Of a DNA stretch of 33,689 bases, positions 1-8,283 are shown one piece after another. This stretch comes from a virus (Duplodnaviria > Caudoviricetes): IMG/VR virus record IMGVR_UViG_3300035187_003302, positions 1 through 33,689 of that record; one strand, written 5' to 3'. The notes under the pieces are model-generated. The model was not told where the DNA came from. It did no database searches and saw only the letters and a program-made list of their open reading frames with translations. Position numbers and translations under genes: made by a program. How positions within the stretch are numbered: the first letter of the stretch is position 1; each line of letters starts with the position of its first letter.

Positions 1-127
1 CGGTTGGAAAGCGCGTCTACGGGCGGGCTTTCGCTGGCCGATGCCGAGCGGGCGTTGTCGCTCTTCTCCCGCGCCGCCGGGTGACTTGTCAAGCGTATGT
101 CAACCGCTTGACGGGCGCGGGGTGCGA
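1..127 (+). repeat. Terminal overlap copy 1 (identical to 32664-32790); 3' end of terL plus early promoter -35
   Basis: Bases 1-127 match 32664-32790 exactly; first mismatch at 128/32791. Confidence 0.95.
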
Positions 128-136
128 ACATATGGT
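86..136 (+). promoter_or_regulatory. Sigma70-type early promoter, allele A, with upstream TGTCA repeats
   Basis: TTGACG (108-113), 17-bp spacer, TATGGT (131-136); upstream TTGTCA-N6-TGTCAACCGC also present at the minus-strand promoter 23789-23816; followed by a hairpin and AACAGGAG SD. Confidence 0.8.
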
Positions 137-179
137 GTTCGTGTTCGGGGCGGTGCGCCCCGGCGAACAGGAGCCGACC

Positions 180-368
180 ATGACTAACACCAACCTCCGC
201 ACCCTCGCCATTGAAGCCGGCGGCGCCGGCGACTACGCCACCGTGGCCCTCTGTTTGCTGGCCATCGGCCGCCGCCGCGCCGACATGCCGGCCCACATCC
301 GCGCCGCCTGCCCCCCGCGCATCCGCGCGGCCGGCGCCCGTCGCGCGCTGAAAGCGAACCGCGCATGA
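180..368 (+). CDS. Small early hypothetical protein (cassette allele A, 62 aa)
   Basis: AACAGGAG SD before ATG 180; stop overlaps the yqaJ-like start (ATGA). Confidence 0.7.
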   Translation: MTNTNLRTLAIEAGGAGDYATVALCLLAIGRRRADMPAHIRAACPPRIRAAGARRALKANRA

Positions 369-1330
369 GCCTTCGCATCTACCAGACCCGCGCCGAATGG
401 GCCGCCGACCGCCGCAGCGGCGCCCCCGCCTTCGAGGTGGGCGCATCGGACGCGGCGGGGCTCCTTGGCCTCTCCCCGTGGGCGTCCCCGTGGGATTCGT
501 GGACCTCCGGCGCCGTCGGTGGGGGCAACCCGCCGGCAGAGGCCGACGCCCGGCGCGGGCACCTTGTCGAAGCGACCGCCGCCGCGCTTTGGGCGGCAGA
601 GGCCGGGGTGCATCTTTGGGGCTCGGACGGTCTTTGGGCGCCCGACGAAGACACCGTTCCCCGGCTTCCGCTTCTCCGGGCCCGCGCCGGTTGGCTCGCC
701 GTCACGCCCGATGCGCTCGGCATCGAGCCCGACGGCCGCCGCGTCGCCATCGAGACGAAGGCGCCACGCACCCTTGACGCTTGGCCCGACGAAGACGCGG
801 TGGTGCGCGACCCCGACGCAGAGGGCGTGCCCGTCCCGCCGCAGTACGCCGTGCAAGCTGCGTGCCAGATGTACGCGCTTCACGCCGTCGGCATCACCGT
901 GGCCGCCGTCGTTCTCGTGGCTTCGTCCGGGTGGGCGTGGCGTCGGGCGGTGCGCATCGAGGCGACACCCGCCGGCCTTCGCTGGGCTACGCGCGTTGTG
1001 GCCCACGTCGGCGCGGCCCGCCGCCGCATCCTCTTGGAGCGCCGGGAGCCCGACCCGGACGTAAGCGCGGCGTGCCTTGCCGAGCTTCGTTCCCGGCTTC
1101 CGCCCCGGCCGGCCACCATCGATGGCACCGACGAAGACGCCGCGTTGGTCGCGGCTTTCGCGGAAGCCAGGGCGCAAGAGTCCGAGGCCGCCGCCGCGAT
1201 TGCCGACCTCCGCCCCCGCATCCTCGCACGCTTGACGGGCGCGGGGGCCAATGCTATCCTAACCCCGTCGCACCGGTTGTCCGCCGACCGCCGGGGCGCA
1301 CTCAAAGTCCAGAACAGGAGCACCGAATGA
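365..1330 (+). CDS. YqaJ-like / lambda-exonuclease family recombination nuclease
   Basis: Motifs VGASDAAGLLGLSPWASP, RRGHLVE, AVTPDAL, IETKA, YAVQAACQM; adjacent to a RecT-like gene. Confidence 0.88.
   Translation: MSLRIYQTRAEWAADRRSGAPAFEVGASDAAGLLGLSPWASPWDSWTSGAVGGGNPPAEADARRGHLVEATAAALWAAEAGVHLWGSDGLWAPDEDTVPRLPLLRARAGWLAVTPDALGIEPDGRRVAIETKAPRTLDAWPDEDAVVRDPDAEGVPVPPQYAVQAACQMYALHAVGITVAAVVLVASSGWAWRRAVRIEATPAGLRWATRVVAHVGAARRRILLERREPDPDVSAACLAELRSRLPPRPATIDGTDEDAALVAAFAEARAQESEAAAAIADLRPRILARLTGAGANAILTPSHRLSADRRGALKVQNRSTE
1232..1260 (+). promoter_or_regulatory. Promoter for recT-like gene embedded in the yqaJ 3' end
   Basis: TTGACG-17-TATCCT with extended TG; shares 18 bp (1229-1246) with the early promoter (105-122). 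Confidence 0.7.
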
Positions 1331-2154
1331 GCGAAGTCCAGAACAGGCCACCGGCCGCCATCTTCCGCGCGCAGGTGGAGTCCGCCGCCCGCGCCATCCT
1401 CGCCCATCACCCGCGCGCCACCGAGGCCGCCGCCCGCGTCGGTCTGGCCTTCGCCGCCGCCGCCCGCGCCGCCCGCGACCCGTCGGCACTCTACGGCTGC
1501 ACCCCGGCTTCGGTTGCCGGCGCCATCGCCCAATGCGCCCTCGCCGACCTCTACCCCGGTGGCCACGCGCCCGCGGTCTACTTGGTCCCGCAGGCCGCGC
1601 GCCGCGACGAAGCGCCCGAACTCCAATGGCGCCTGACACACCGGGGCATGAGCATCATCGCCGCCCGCGCCGGATGGGGCGTGCACACGGTCCCCGTGTC
1701 CCGCGCCGACCTCCCCGGCCTCCGCGTCGATTTCGGCGAAGTCCTGTCGTGCCCGCCCTCGGACCCGACGGCCGCCGTCACGTCTTGGGATGACCTCGCT
1801 GGCGTGGTGGTGGTCATCCGCCCGCCCGCGCCCGCGCAGCGCGTCGCGCTTTGGGTGCCGGTCGGGACCATCGCCGCCCGCCGCCGCGCGTCCCGGATGG
1901 CCGGCGGTGGGCCGTGGCAAGCGTGGCCGGTGCAGATGGCGCAAGGCGCCGCGATTCGGGAGGTGGTGGCCCGCGGCGCGCTCCCGCTCGACCTCCCCGA
2001 CGACACGGAGACGGCGGAAGCCGAGGTGCAGCCCGCCGCCGTGGCCGCGCCGCCGGCACAGCGGATGCTGCCGGAGCTTCCCCCGGACTTCGCCCCCGAT
2101 GACCTCCCGGCCGGCGACCTCGCCCGCGTGGTGGACGAAGGGGAAGCCAAGTAA
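1327..2154 (+). CDS. recT: RecT-family single-strand annealing protein
   Basis: AACAGGAG SD, ATG 1327; ALYGCTPASVAGAIAQCALADL, VYLVP, LQWRLTHRGM, W..WPVQMA motifs; acidic C-terminal tail; paired with the exonuclease. Confidence 0.8.
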   Translation: MSEVQNRPPAAIFRAQVESAARAILAHHPRATEAAARVGLAFAAAARAARDPSALYGCTPASVAGAIAQCALADLYPGGHAPAVYLVPQAARRDEAPELQWRLTHRGMSIIAARAGWGVHTVPVSRADLPGLRVDFGEVLSCPPSDPTAAVTSWDDLAGVVVVIRPPAPAQRVALWVPVGTIAARRRASRMAGGGPWQAWPVQMAQGAAIREVVARGALPLDLPDDTETAEAEVQPAAVAAPPAQRMLPELPPDFAPDDLPAGDLARVVDEGEAK

Positions 2155-2161
2155 CCGCGGC

Positions 2162-2190
2162 TTGCGGCCGGGGGCCGCGCGTGGTAGCCT
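2162..2190 (+). promoter_or_regulatory. Promoter for portal (predicted leaderless mRNA)
   Basis: TTGCGG-17-TAGCCT with extended TG; ATG 2197 begins 7 nt after the -10. Confidence 0.6.
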
Positions 2191-2196
2191 CCGGCC

Positions 2197-3474
2197 ATGC
2201 GCGGCCCTGCCGACATTTCCCCCGCCCGGCTTGATTGGACGTTGGCCGTCCGTTCGCTTTTCGCGTGGGTTGGCGGCGCGATGCGTCCGCAAAAGCAACT
2301 GCCGGCAAAGCCCGGGGCGCCCGGCGTTCCCGCGGCCATCCCCGCCGACTACTACGCGGCCGGGCCCTACGTCGCCACGCGGTCGCAGCAAACGGACGCG
2401 CTCCGGCTTGCCATTCTCGCCAACCCGGATGCGCTGGCCGCCGTCGCCGGCATCGCCCGTGAAATCGCGGCGCGGCCCGTCATTGTGCGCACCGAGGCCG
2501 ACCCGACGCCGCGGGAACACCCCGTCTTCGCGCTTCTGGATTCTGCCCCCGGATTCACCCGGGAGCAGCTTGTGGAGCGCCTAATCGCGGACGTGCTCTT
2601 GACGGGCAACGCGCTTGTCGAGGTTTTGGGCCGTCCTACCCCGGTCACCCCGCGCGCGGGCGTGCTGGTCTTGCGGGATGCGACGGACCTTTACGCCGAA
2701 CTCGACCGCGCGGAAGCCACGGTCACAGCCTACCGCTACGAGGGGCCCGACGGGACGCGGTACATCGCGCCGTCGAACGTGCTTCACGCGGCGGTCAACC
2801 GCTACGGAACAGGCCAGGATGGCGTTTTCGGCGTCTCTCCGCTGGCGCCGCTTTACCCCGACTTCGAGCGCGCGGCCCGTGACGCGGCGTATCTCCGCGA
2901 CCGGCCCCGCGGCCCGATTGCCTCGATTGGCCTTCGCTGGCCGGGAGAAACCCCGCCGGATGAGGTGGCCGGTTCTCTCCGGCTTATGCGTCGGTTCTAC
3001 GAGACGACCGGCTATCACGTCGCCTTGCGCGGCGCCGAATTCGAGTCTTTGCCGGAAAGCAAAGAGCAAACCGACGTATTGGCGCTGCAAAACGCCATGC
3101 TGGACAGCATTATCCGCGCGTTGGGCCTCGCCCCGGTTCTCTGGAATCGCAGCGTGACCAACGATTCGGCCGCGAAAGAGCAGCACCGCGCATATCGGGC
3201 GATGCTTCATGCGTTGTCCGGCGTGGTCTGGACGGCGTTTCAGCCGCTAATGGACCGGCTTGGTTCGACCGACCTTTACCTTGCCTCGGATTGGTCCGGC
3301 GATGCGGCGGATGCCGAAATCGAAGACCAAGAGCGGCGGGCCAAGCTTGCAGAAATTCACGTGCGCAACGGGCTACCCGTGGCGACGGCCTATCAACTTG
3401 CCGGGATTGATATTCCGGCCGGGGTAACCGATGCGACGCAATCCCAGGGGCCGCGCCTGCTTCTCGCTCGCTGA
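2197..3474 (+). CDS. Portal protein (HK97-like)
   Basis: HPVFALL, DVLLTGNALVEV, VLHA, FGVSPL, IIRALGLAPVL motifs; 425 aa; precedes protease and capsid. Confidence 0.85.
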   Translation: MRGPADISPARLDWTLAVRSLFAWVGGAMRPQKQLPAKPGAPGVPAAIPADYYAAGPYVATRSQQTDALRLAILANPDALAAVAGIAREIAARPVIVRTEADPTPREHPVFALLDSAPGFTREQLVERLIADVLLTGNALVEVLGRPTPVTPRAGVLVLRDATDLYAELDRAEATVTAYRYEGPDGTRYIAPSNVLHAAVNRYGTGQDGVFGVSPLAPLYPDFERAARDAAYLRDRPRGPIASIGLRWPGETPPDEVAGSLRLMRRFYETTGYHVALRGAEFESLPESKEQTDVLALQNAMLDSIIRALGLAPVLWNRSVTNDSAAKEQHRAYRAMLHALSGVVWTAFQPLMDRLGSTDLYLASDWSGDAADAEIEDQERRAKLAEIHVRNGLPVATAYQLAGIDIPAGVTDATQSQGPRLLLAR

Positions 3475-4534
3475 TAACGGCGGCGGGCGCTACATCCTCA
3501 ACTCCGGCAAGGCGTATGATGGCGCGCTTGTCGTGGACTTCGAGGGCGCCCGCGTCCGCATGAGCGCCGCCGGGGAAATGCCGGTGCTGCGGGAGCATGA
3601 CCGCGCCCGGGTTGTCGGCGCGTGGACCGACCTCCGCATCGAAGACGGCGTGATGTCGGCCGGTGGAATTCGTTGGGCGCCCACGCCCGACGCCGAAGAG
3701 GCGAAGGCGCTTGTAGACGGCGGCTTTCTTTGGGGCGTCTCCATCGGCTTCTCCGCGAAGTGGGAAGAGAAATCCGGTAAGACCTTCGCGCGGGAATTGG
3801 AAGTCTACGAGGCGTCCTTGGTTTCCGTCGCAGCGGACGCCGATTCCCGCGTGTCGGGAATGACGCTCGGTATGGACGAAGACGACAGCGACGAAGACAC
3901 GGCGGGCGCCTCCCTGTTTCGCGCCCTCGTCTCGCATTTGCACCTTGCGCATGGGATGGACCTCCCCGCGGCGGTGGTCCAGGCGCACCGGGAAATCGAA
4001 TACAACCCGCTTCGGGCGCTCTTGGAGGGGATGCCCGCCGCGCCCGCGCCGGAAGAGCCCGCCGAAGAGCCCGCCGAAGAGGCCGCGACCCTCGCCCCGG
4101 CTTACCCCGGCATCGACTTCTCGCCCCCGGAGGGCGTCCGCGAAGAACTCCGCCGGGGCCTCGAATGGCACGAAGCGGGAGAATCCGGGGACGGGTTGCA
4201 GCCGGAAACTGTGGCATGGGCGCGCCGCATGGCCGACGGGGAGGATATTTCCCCGGAGAAAGCCCGCGCGATGAAAGCGTGGTTTGCCCGGCACGCCGCC
4301 GACAAAGAGGGCGAAGGCTTCCGGCCCGACGAGCCCGGCTATCCCTCGCCCGGCCGCGTGGCGTGGGCGTTGTGGGGCGGTGACCCGGCCGTGGCTTGGT
4401 CCGATTCGCTGGTTACGTCCATGGATTCCGCCGATGCAGAAACCAAGGGCGAGCAGACCGCCCCCGATGCGCTGGCCGCGTGGCTTGGCGCCTCTCCGAT
4501 TGATCACCTCGCCGCGTGGATGCGGCGTCCTTGA
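3431..4534 (+). CDS. HK97-type prohead protease with acidic linker and extra C-terminal domain
   Basis: PVLREHD...VVGAW, GVSIGF, LEVYEASLVSVAAD motifs; C-terminal PSPGRVAWALWGGD domain. Confidence 0.85.
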   Translation: MRRNPRGRACFSLADNGGGRYILNSGKAYDGALVVDFEGARVRMSAAGEMPVLREHDRARVVGAWTDLRIEDGVMSAGGIRWAPTPDAEEAKALVDGGFLWGVSIGFSAKWEEKSGKTFARELEVYEASLVSVAADADSRVSGMTLGMDEDDSDEDTAGASLFRALVSHLHLAHGMDLPAAVVQAHREIEYNPLRALLEGMPAAPAPEEPAEEPAEEAATLAPAYPGIDFSPPEGVREELRRGLEWHEAGESGDGLQPETVAWARRMADGEDISPEKARAMKAWFARHAADKEGEGFRPDEPGYPSPGRVAWALWGGDPAVAWSDSLVTSMDSADAETKGEQTAPDALAAWLGASPIDHLAAWMRRP

Positions 4535-4559
4535 CACGCGGCTTTTGTGCCGCTACCCT
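4531..4559 (+). promoter_or_regulatory. Promoter for major capsid gene
   Basis: TTGACA-17-TACCCT; the TGA in TTGACA is the protease stop codon; AGGAG SD downstream. Confidence 0.75.
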
Positions 4560-4581
4560 GCCCAACGATAGGAGTCCGCAA

Positions 4582-6225
4582 ATGCCGCTCGACCTCGCGA
4601 CCCCGGACGGCGTGCGCGCCGCCATCACCGAAATCGCCGCCAAGCTGGACACCACGTCCACGCAGACGGCCGACCTCGCCGCTTCCGTGCAGGCCGCCCT
4701 TGCCGGCGGCGCCGCCCCCGCGGCCAAGGCCGGCGGGCTGGACGCCTTCCGCAACGCCGACGGCTCGCTGTCCCTCGCCCCGGTGACCACCGACACCGAA
4801 ATCCGCGTCGGCGATATGCCCGCCCTCCTGCGGGTTTCCAAGCCCGGCCTTCTCGACAAGTCCGCCGCCGGCCTTCTCCCGGAGCCGGAGGCCAAGGCCG
4901 CCGCCGCCGCGCGGAAGCCGCTTGGCCGTCTGGCCGCCCTCGCCCGCGTCGGCTACCGCGGCGGGCTCGCCCCGCTCTCCCGCGAAATTGGCGAGGCTTC
5001 GGCCGCCGTCCGCAGCGCCCCGGCGTCCATCCGGCCGGCCTTGGAGTCCGCGCTTTCCGGCGTGCTCGCCAACATCGGCCACCGCGCCGCCGGCACCCTG
5101 GCTTCGTCCTCCGCGGCGACCTCCGGCGCGTGGCTTGACTGGGTTGCGGAGGACATCATGGCCGACGTGATGGACCTCACGGCGACCGCTTCGCAGGCCG
5201 GCCTTGGCCTCTCCATCCCCGTCATGGGCGGCAGCCTGCACGCCACCGAGAACCTTTCGGTTCGCCTCCTGACCGGCATCGGCGGCTTCCGGCAGCAGGG
5301 CCGGCAGACCTCGAACGTCTTCGGCCAATACGCCCTTACCGACTTGGCCGTTTCGAAGGCCAGCGTGACGGGCGCCCGCGGCGTGCATTCGTCCATCATC
5401 GACGCCGTGGACCTCATCGACCCGCGCGTGACCTGGGATGTTCTCGAAACGCACCAGCGCGCCGCCATCCTGGCCGAGCTTGCGACCCGCGACCTCCTGT
5501 TCTTGCACGGCGAGTCCGAGTCGGCCCCCGCGTCGCACGTCTACGGCGCCGCCGGTCTGGCCCTCATCGGCCAGTCCACCGCCACCACCACCGCCGCCAT
5601 CGACGTGGACGGGCGCGTTCTGGCTGAGTCCGGCGGCACCGATGATATGCTCCTGACCTGCGATGGTCTTGTCGGCATGGCTTCGGACCAGTCGAACGAC
5701 CTCGACGACGCCACCTTCGGCATGGCCTCCGAGACGGAATGGCTGGCCACGGTCGCCGGTTTCGTGAAGTTCCACAACTTGGCGATGGCCAAAATCCGGG
5801 AGCAGTACCACTACCTCCCCGGCACCGGCTACGTGCTGGACTTCCAGGCCGCCCGCGCGCTCATGGCGCTGAACACCCTCACCGCCGGCGGTCAGGTGTT
5901 CGTCACCCCGGTTTCGGACCCCGCGAATCCGTGGCTTGTCGGCCGCCTCTACGACGGGACGCCCATCTACCGGCACGCCTTCGTCGGCTCCGGCAGCTAC
6001 TCCACCGCCGGCATCCCGAACGCGACGGGCGGCAAGAACGCCGCGTTCCTGGCCGCGATGTCCGCCATCGTCCGCGTCCAGGGCCCCGGCCACGGTTCGA
6101 CGAAGGTGGAGAACATCCCCGGCACCGACGCTGTGCAGGTGAGCCGCATCTACCACGAGCGGTTCTTCAACCCGGTTCCGAGCGCCCGAAAGACCGCCCT
6201 CCGCGTCTACGGCCTCGACATCTGA
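4582..6225 (+). CDS. Major capsid protein (probably with N-terminal scaffold segment)
   Basis: Position after protease; own promoter and AGGAG SD; strongly biased codons; LLFLHGES and GRLYDGTPIY resemble HK97-fold motifs; hairpin after stop. Confidence 0.8.
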   Translation: MPLDLATPDGVRAAITEIAAKLDTTSTQTADLAASVQAALAGGAAPAAKAGGLDAFRNADGSLSLAPVTTDTEIRVGDMPALLRVSKPGLLDKSAAGLLPEPEAKAAAAARKPLGRLAALARVGYRGGLAPLSREIGEASAAVRSAPASIRPALESALSGVLANIGHRAAGTLASSSAATSGAWLDWVAEDIMADVMDLTATASQAGLGLSIPVMGGSLHATENLSVRLLTGIGGFRQQGRQTSNVFGQYALTDLAVSKASVTGARGVHSSIIDAVDLIDPRVTWDVLETHQRAAILAELATRDLLFLHGESESAPASHVYGAAGLALIGQSTATTTAAIDVDGRVLAESGGTDDMLLTCDGLVGMASDQSNDLDDATFGMASETEWLATVAGFVKFHNLAMAKIREQYHYLPGTGYVLDFQAARALMALNTLTAGGQVFVTPVSDPANPWLVGRLYDGTPIYRHAFVGSGSYSTAGIPNATGGKNAAFLAAMSAIVRVQGPGHGSTKVENIPGTDAVQVSRIYHERFFNPVPSARKTALRVYGLDI

Positions 6226-6236
6226 CCCTGCCCCCG

Positions 6237-6266
6237 CCCGTCCCGGCTTATGCCGGGGCGGGTTTC
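6237..6266 (+). terminator. Hairpin after capsid gene (weak terminator or stabiliser)
   Basis: CCCGTCCCGGC-TTAT-GCCGGGGCGGG followed by TTTC. Confidence 0.55.
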
Positions 6267-6284
6267 CCCTTCGTGGAGAATCCA

Positions 6285-6641
6285 ATGCAGTACGCTTCTT
6301 TCACCTCCGGGACCGTGGTCACCAACGCGGCCGGCACCGCCGAAGTCGGCGTCGTCATCCCCTACCGCGCGCGCATCGTGGAGGTCCGCATCGTGGACTT
6401 CGACGGCATCGCCGCCGACAATACGGATTACGTGGACTCGGACGTTACCGGCACCACCGGCTACGATTCCCGCGCCGCGAATCAGGGCGCCCTCACGGCG
6501 GATACGTCGATTGCCCTCACCGTGGACCCGGCGAACGCCATCGTCGCCGCGGGTGGGAATCTGAAATTCGTCGTCGCCAAGGGCGGCAGCGGAAAGGCCA
6601 CCGAGGCCGCGGTTACGTGGTTCGTCCAGCCCATCAACTGA
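6285..6641 (+). CDS. Putative capsid decoration / structural beta-rich protein (118 aa)
   Basis: GGAGA SD, ATG 6285; directly after capsid; biased codon usage. Confidence 0.6.
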   Translation: MQYASFTSGTVVTNAAGTAEVGVVIPYRARIVEVRIVDFDGIAADNTDYVDSDVTGTTGYDSRAANQGALTADTSIALTVDPANAIVAAGGNLKFVVAKGGSGKATEAAVTWFVQPIN

Positions 6642-6700
6642 CGCCCTCCCCTTGACCGGCGGGGGCGGCATCTGTCGCCCCCGCGTGCTATGGTGCCCCT

Positions 6701-6991
6701 ATGGCTACGACCTTTGACGACGTGCCGAACCAGACGAAAACCGAAGCCAGCGTGGACGCCACCACCGGAACGGAAATCACCGTTTCCAAGCTGGCCTCCG
6801 CTCTGTTCGTGCTCTTCGAGCAACACAAAGGCGAAGTCCAGGGGCCCGGGTCTTCGGATTGGGTTCACGTCGCCGCCGATACGTGGACGCTGGTAGGCCA
6901 ATGGGGCGGCCCGCTTTCGGGTAGCCGCGTCATCAAGGCCCGTCGCCACGGCGGGAGCGGCACCGTCACCGTCAATTCGCGGCAATCGTGA
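6701..6991 (+). CDS. Small putative virion protein (96 aa), leaderless
   Basis: TGcTATGGT -10 at 6686-6694, ATG 7 nt later; beta-rich composition. Confidence 0.6.
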   Translation: MATTFDDVPNQTKTEASVDATTGTEITVSKLASALFVLFEQHKGEVQGPGSSDWVHVAADTWTLVGQWGGPLSGSRVIKARRHGGSGTVTVNSRQS

Positions 6992-8076
6992 TGAGCGTTT
7001 GCATCCCGTCCATGCTGGCGATGGCCGGCGGCGCGTCCGGCGGCGGTGGTGGCGGCGGTGGTCCCGACCTCACCCCGCCTTCGACCCCCACGCCGCAGGT
7101 TTTGGCCTCCGGCACAACGGCGCTTGGCAGCACGTCCATCGGCTCTTGGTCTGATTCGGTGACCGTGACCGCGACCGTCACGCCCTCCGCGGGCGGCGCT
7201 GTGACCGCGACCGTCACCGGCTCGGGCGCGGGGCCCTATTCCGTCTCGATTGCCTCCGGGCTTTCGGACGGCCGGTCCTACGCCGTCCGTCTCCGGGGTA
7301 CCGGAGCCGACGGGCAGGTGGCCGACGTGGTGCTGTCGGTGGGGGTCGGCACGGCCGCCCCCGCGCCGGGCTGGGGCACGCTCGCAGAGTATGACCTTAC
7401 GGCCGTGGACACGGCTACGGCGGTCACGGCGACCGGCGGCGACGTGGCCCTTACCGTGGGCGGCGCGGCGTTCCTGACGCTCAAAACCATCTTCGGGAGC
7501 GGGACTGGCTCTTTGACGCCCACTAACGGCTCCGGCGTTATCTTCGCCGGGTCCGGGGGGGGCATCCGGTCGGCGTTCGTAAACATCGACTGGGCCACGC
7601 TGGGCGCGGACCTGGACACGGAAACGCTGGCAATCCTGATCGAATTTGGCTTCACGAGCATCATCTCAGGCGGCACCATCCTCGCCACTGCTGCGACGGT
7701 GAACGCCAACGTCAACGCAAACCACAACTTCGGCGGCCGGTGGTCGCTCAGCGGAACCACCTACGCAATCGCCCCAAGGTATTACAACTCCGCCGCTACC
7801 ATCGGAACGGCGGTATCGTCGGGAACCACGGCCTTTTCGGGCAACTACTCGGCGGCGATGGTTGTCGGCCCCGGTGGACAGACTGTGTATATGAACGCCG
7901 GTTCGCTCCCGACCGACCCCTCGGGCTTCGGCTTTGGGCCGCGCAGGTACTCGCAGCCCGTCAGTACGTGGACTTCGGGCAGCCTGACCTACCCGGCCGG
8001 GCCGCCCAAACCGGCGTTCTGGGTCGAAGATGCTGTCTGTGTCTGGCGCAAAATCCGCATCATGCGTTGGAGTTAG
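6988..8076 (+). CDS. Putative fibre / receptor-binding virion protein
   Basis: Poly-Gly linker, Thr/Ser/Gly-rich Ig-like middle, compositionally distinct lower-GC C-terminal beta domain. Confidence 0.55.
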   Translation: MMSVCIPSMLAMAGGASGGGGGGGGPDLTPPSTPTPQVLASGTTALGSTSIGSWSDSVTVTATVTPSAGGAVTATVTGSGAGPYSVSIASGLSDGRSYAVRLRGTGADGQVADVVLSVGVGTAAPAPGWGTLAEYDLTAVDTATAVTATGGDVALTVGGAAFLTLKTIFGSGTGSLTPTNGSGVIFAGSGGGIRSAFVNIDWATLGADLDTETLAILIEFGFTSIISGGTILATAATVNANVNANHNFGGRWSLSGTTYAIAPRYYNSAATIGTAVSSGTTAFSGNYSAAMVVGPGGQTVYMNAGSLPTDPSGFGFGPRRYSQPVSTWTSGSLTYPAGPPKPAFWVEDAVCVWRKIRIMRWS

Positions 8077-8079
8077 CCC

Positions 8080-8283
8080 ATGCTGGTCTTTGACGTGCAG
8101 CGCGGCATTTACGACGATGCGGGCATCGAGCATATCGAATTTAGGGCACGCCTAACGGCTGCGCAGGCCGACGCCCTTGTGGCGAGCTATGACCCGGCCT
8201 CCGCGACCTCCCCGCCCGCCGCGGACTGTCGCGCCGTCGCCCGGCCGATTGCGGAAGCCGTGGCCGCGCTGGACCGGCCGTGA
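8080..8283 (+). CDS. Hypothetical protein (possible fibre-associated)
   Basis: 67-aa ORF packed between neighbours. Confidence 0.6.
   Translation: MLVFDVQRGIYDDAGIEHIEFRARLTAAQADALVASYDPASATSPPAADCRAVARPIAEAVAALDRP

Noticed and set aside
81-179. Extended N-termini from the ORF track (GTG 81/32744; also 781, 4516, 14218, 30870)
   Set aside because: They run through promoters or upstream genes; SD-supported or coupled downstream starts are more plausible
1-547. True long terminal repeats or a tandem prophage
   Set aside because: The copies differ internally, no host DNA or integrase is present, and the 127-nt exact overlap suggests assembly circularity
4051-4086. GAAGAGCCCGCC tandem repeat
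   Set aside because: Ordinary coding repeat for an EEPA linker
4504-6285. Long antisense ORFs (593 aa here; also 880-2520, 11835-13838, 15235-16566, 26290-27834)
   Set aside because: Shadow frames expected at this GC content; no SD, promoter or motifs
7699-7743. AAC-rich stretch NANVNANHNFGGRW resembling a DGR template or variable repeat
   Set aside because: No second copy and no reverse transcriptase seen in the genome; it lies mid-protein
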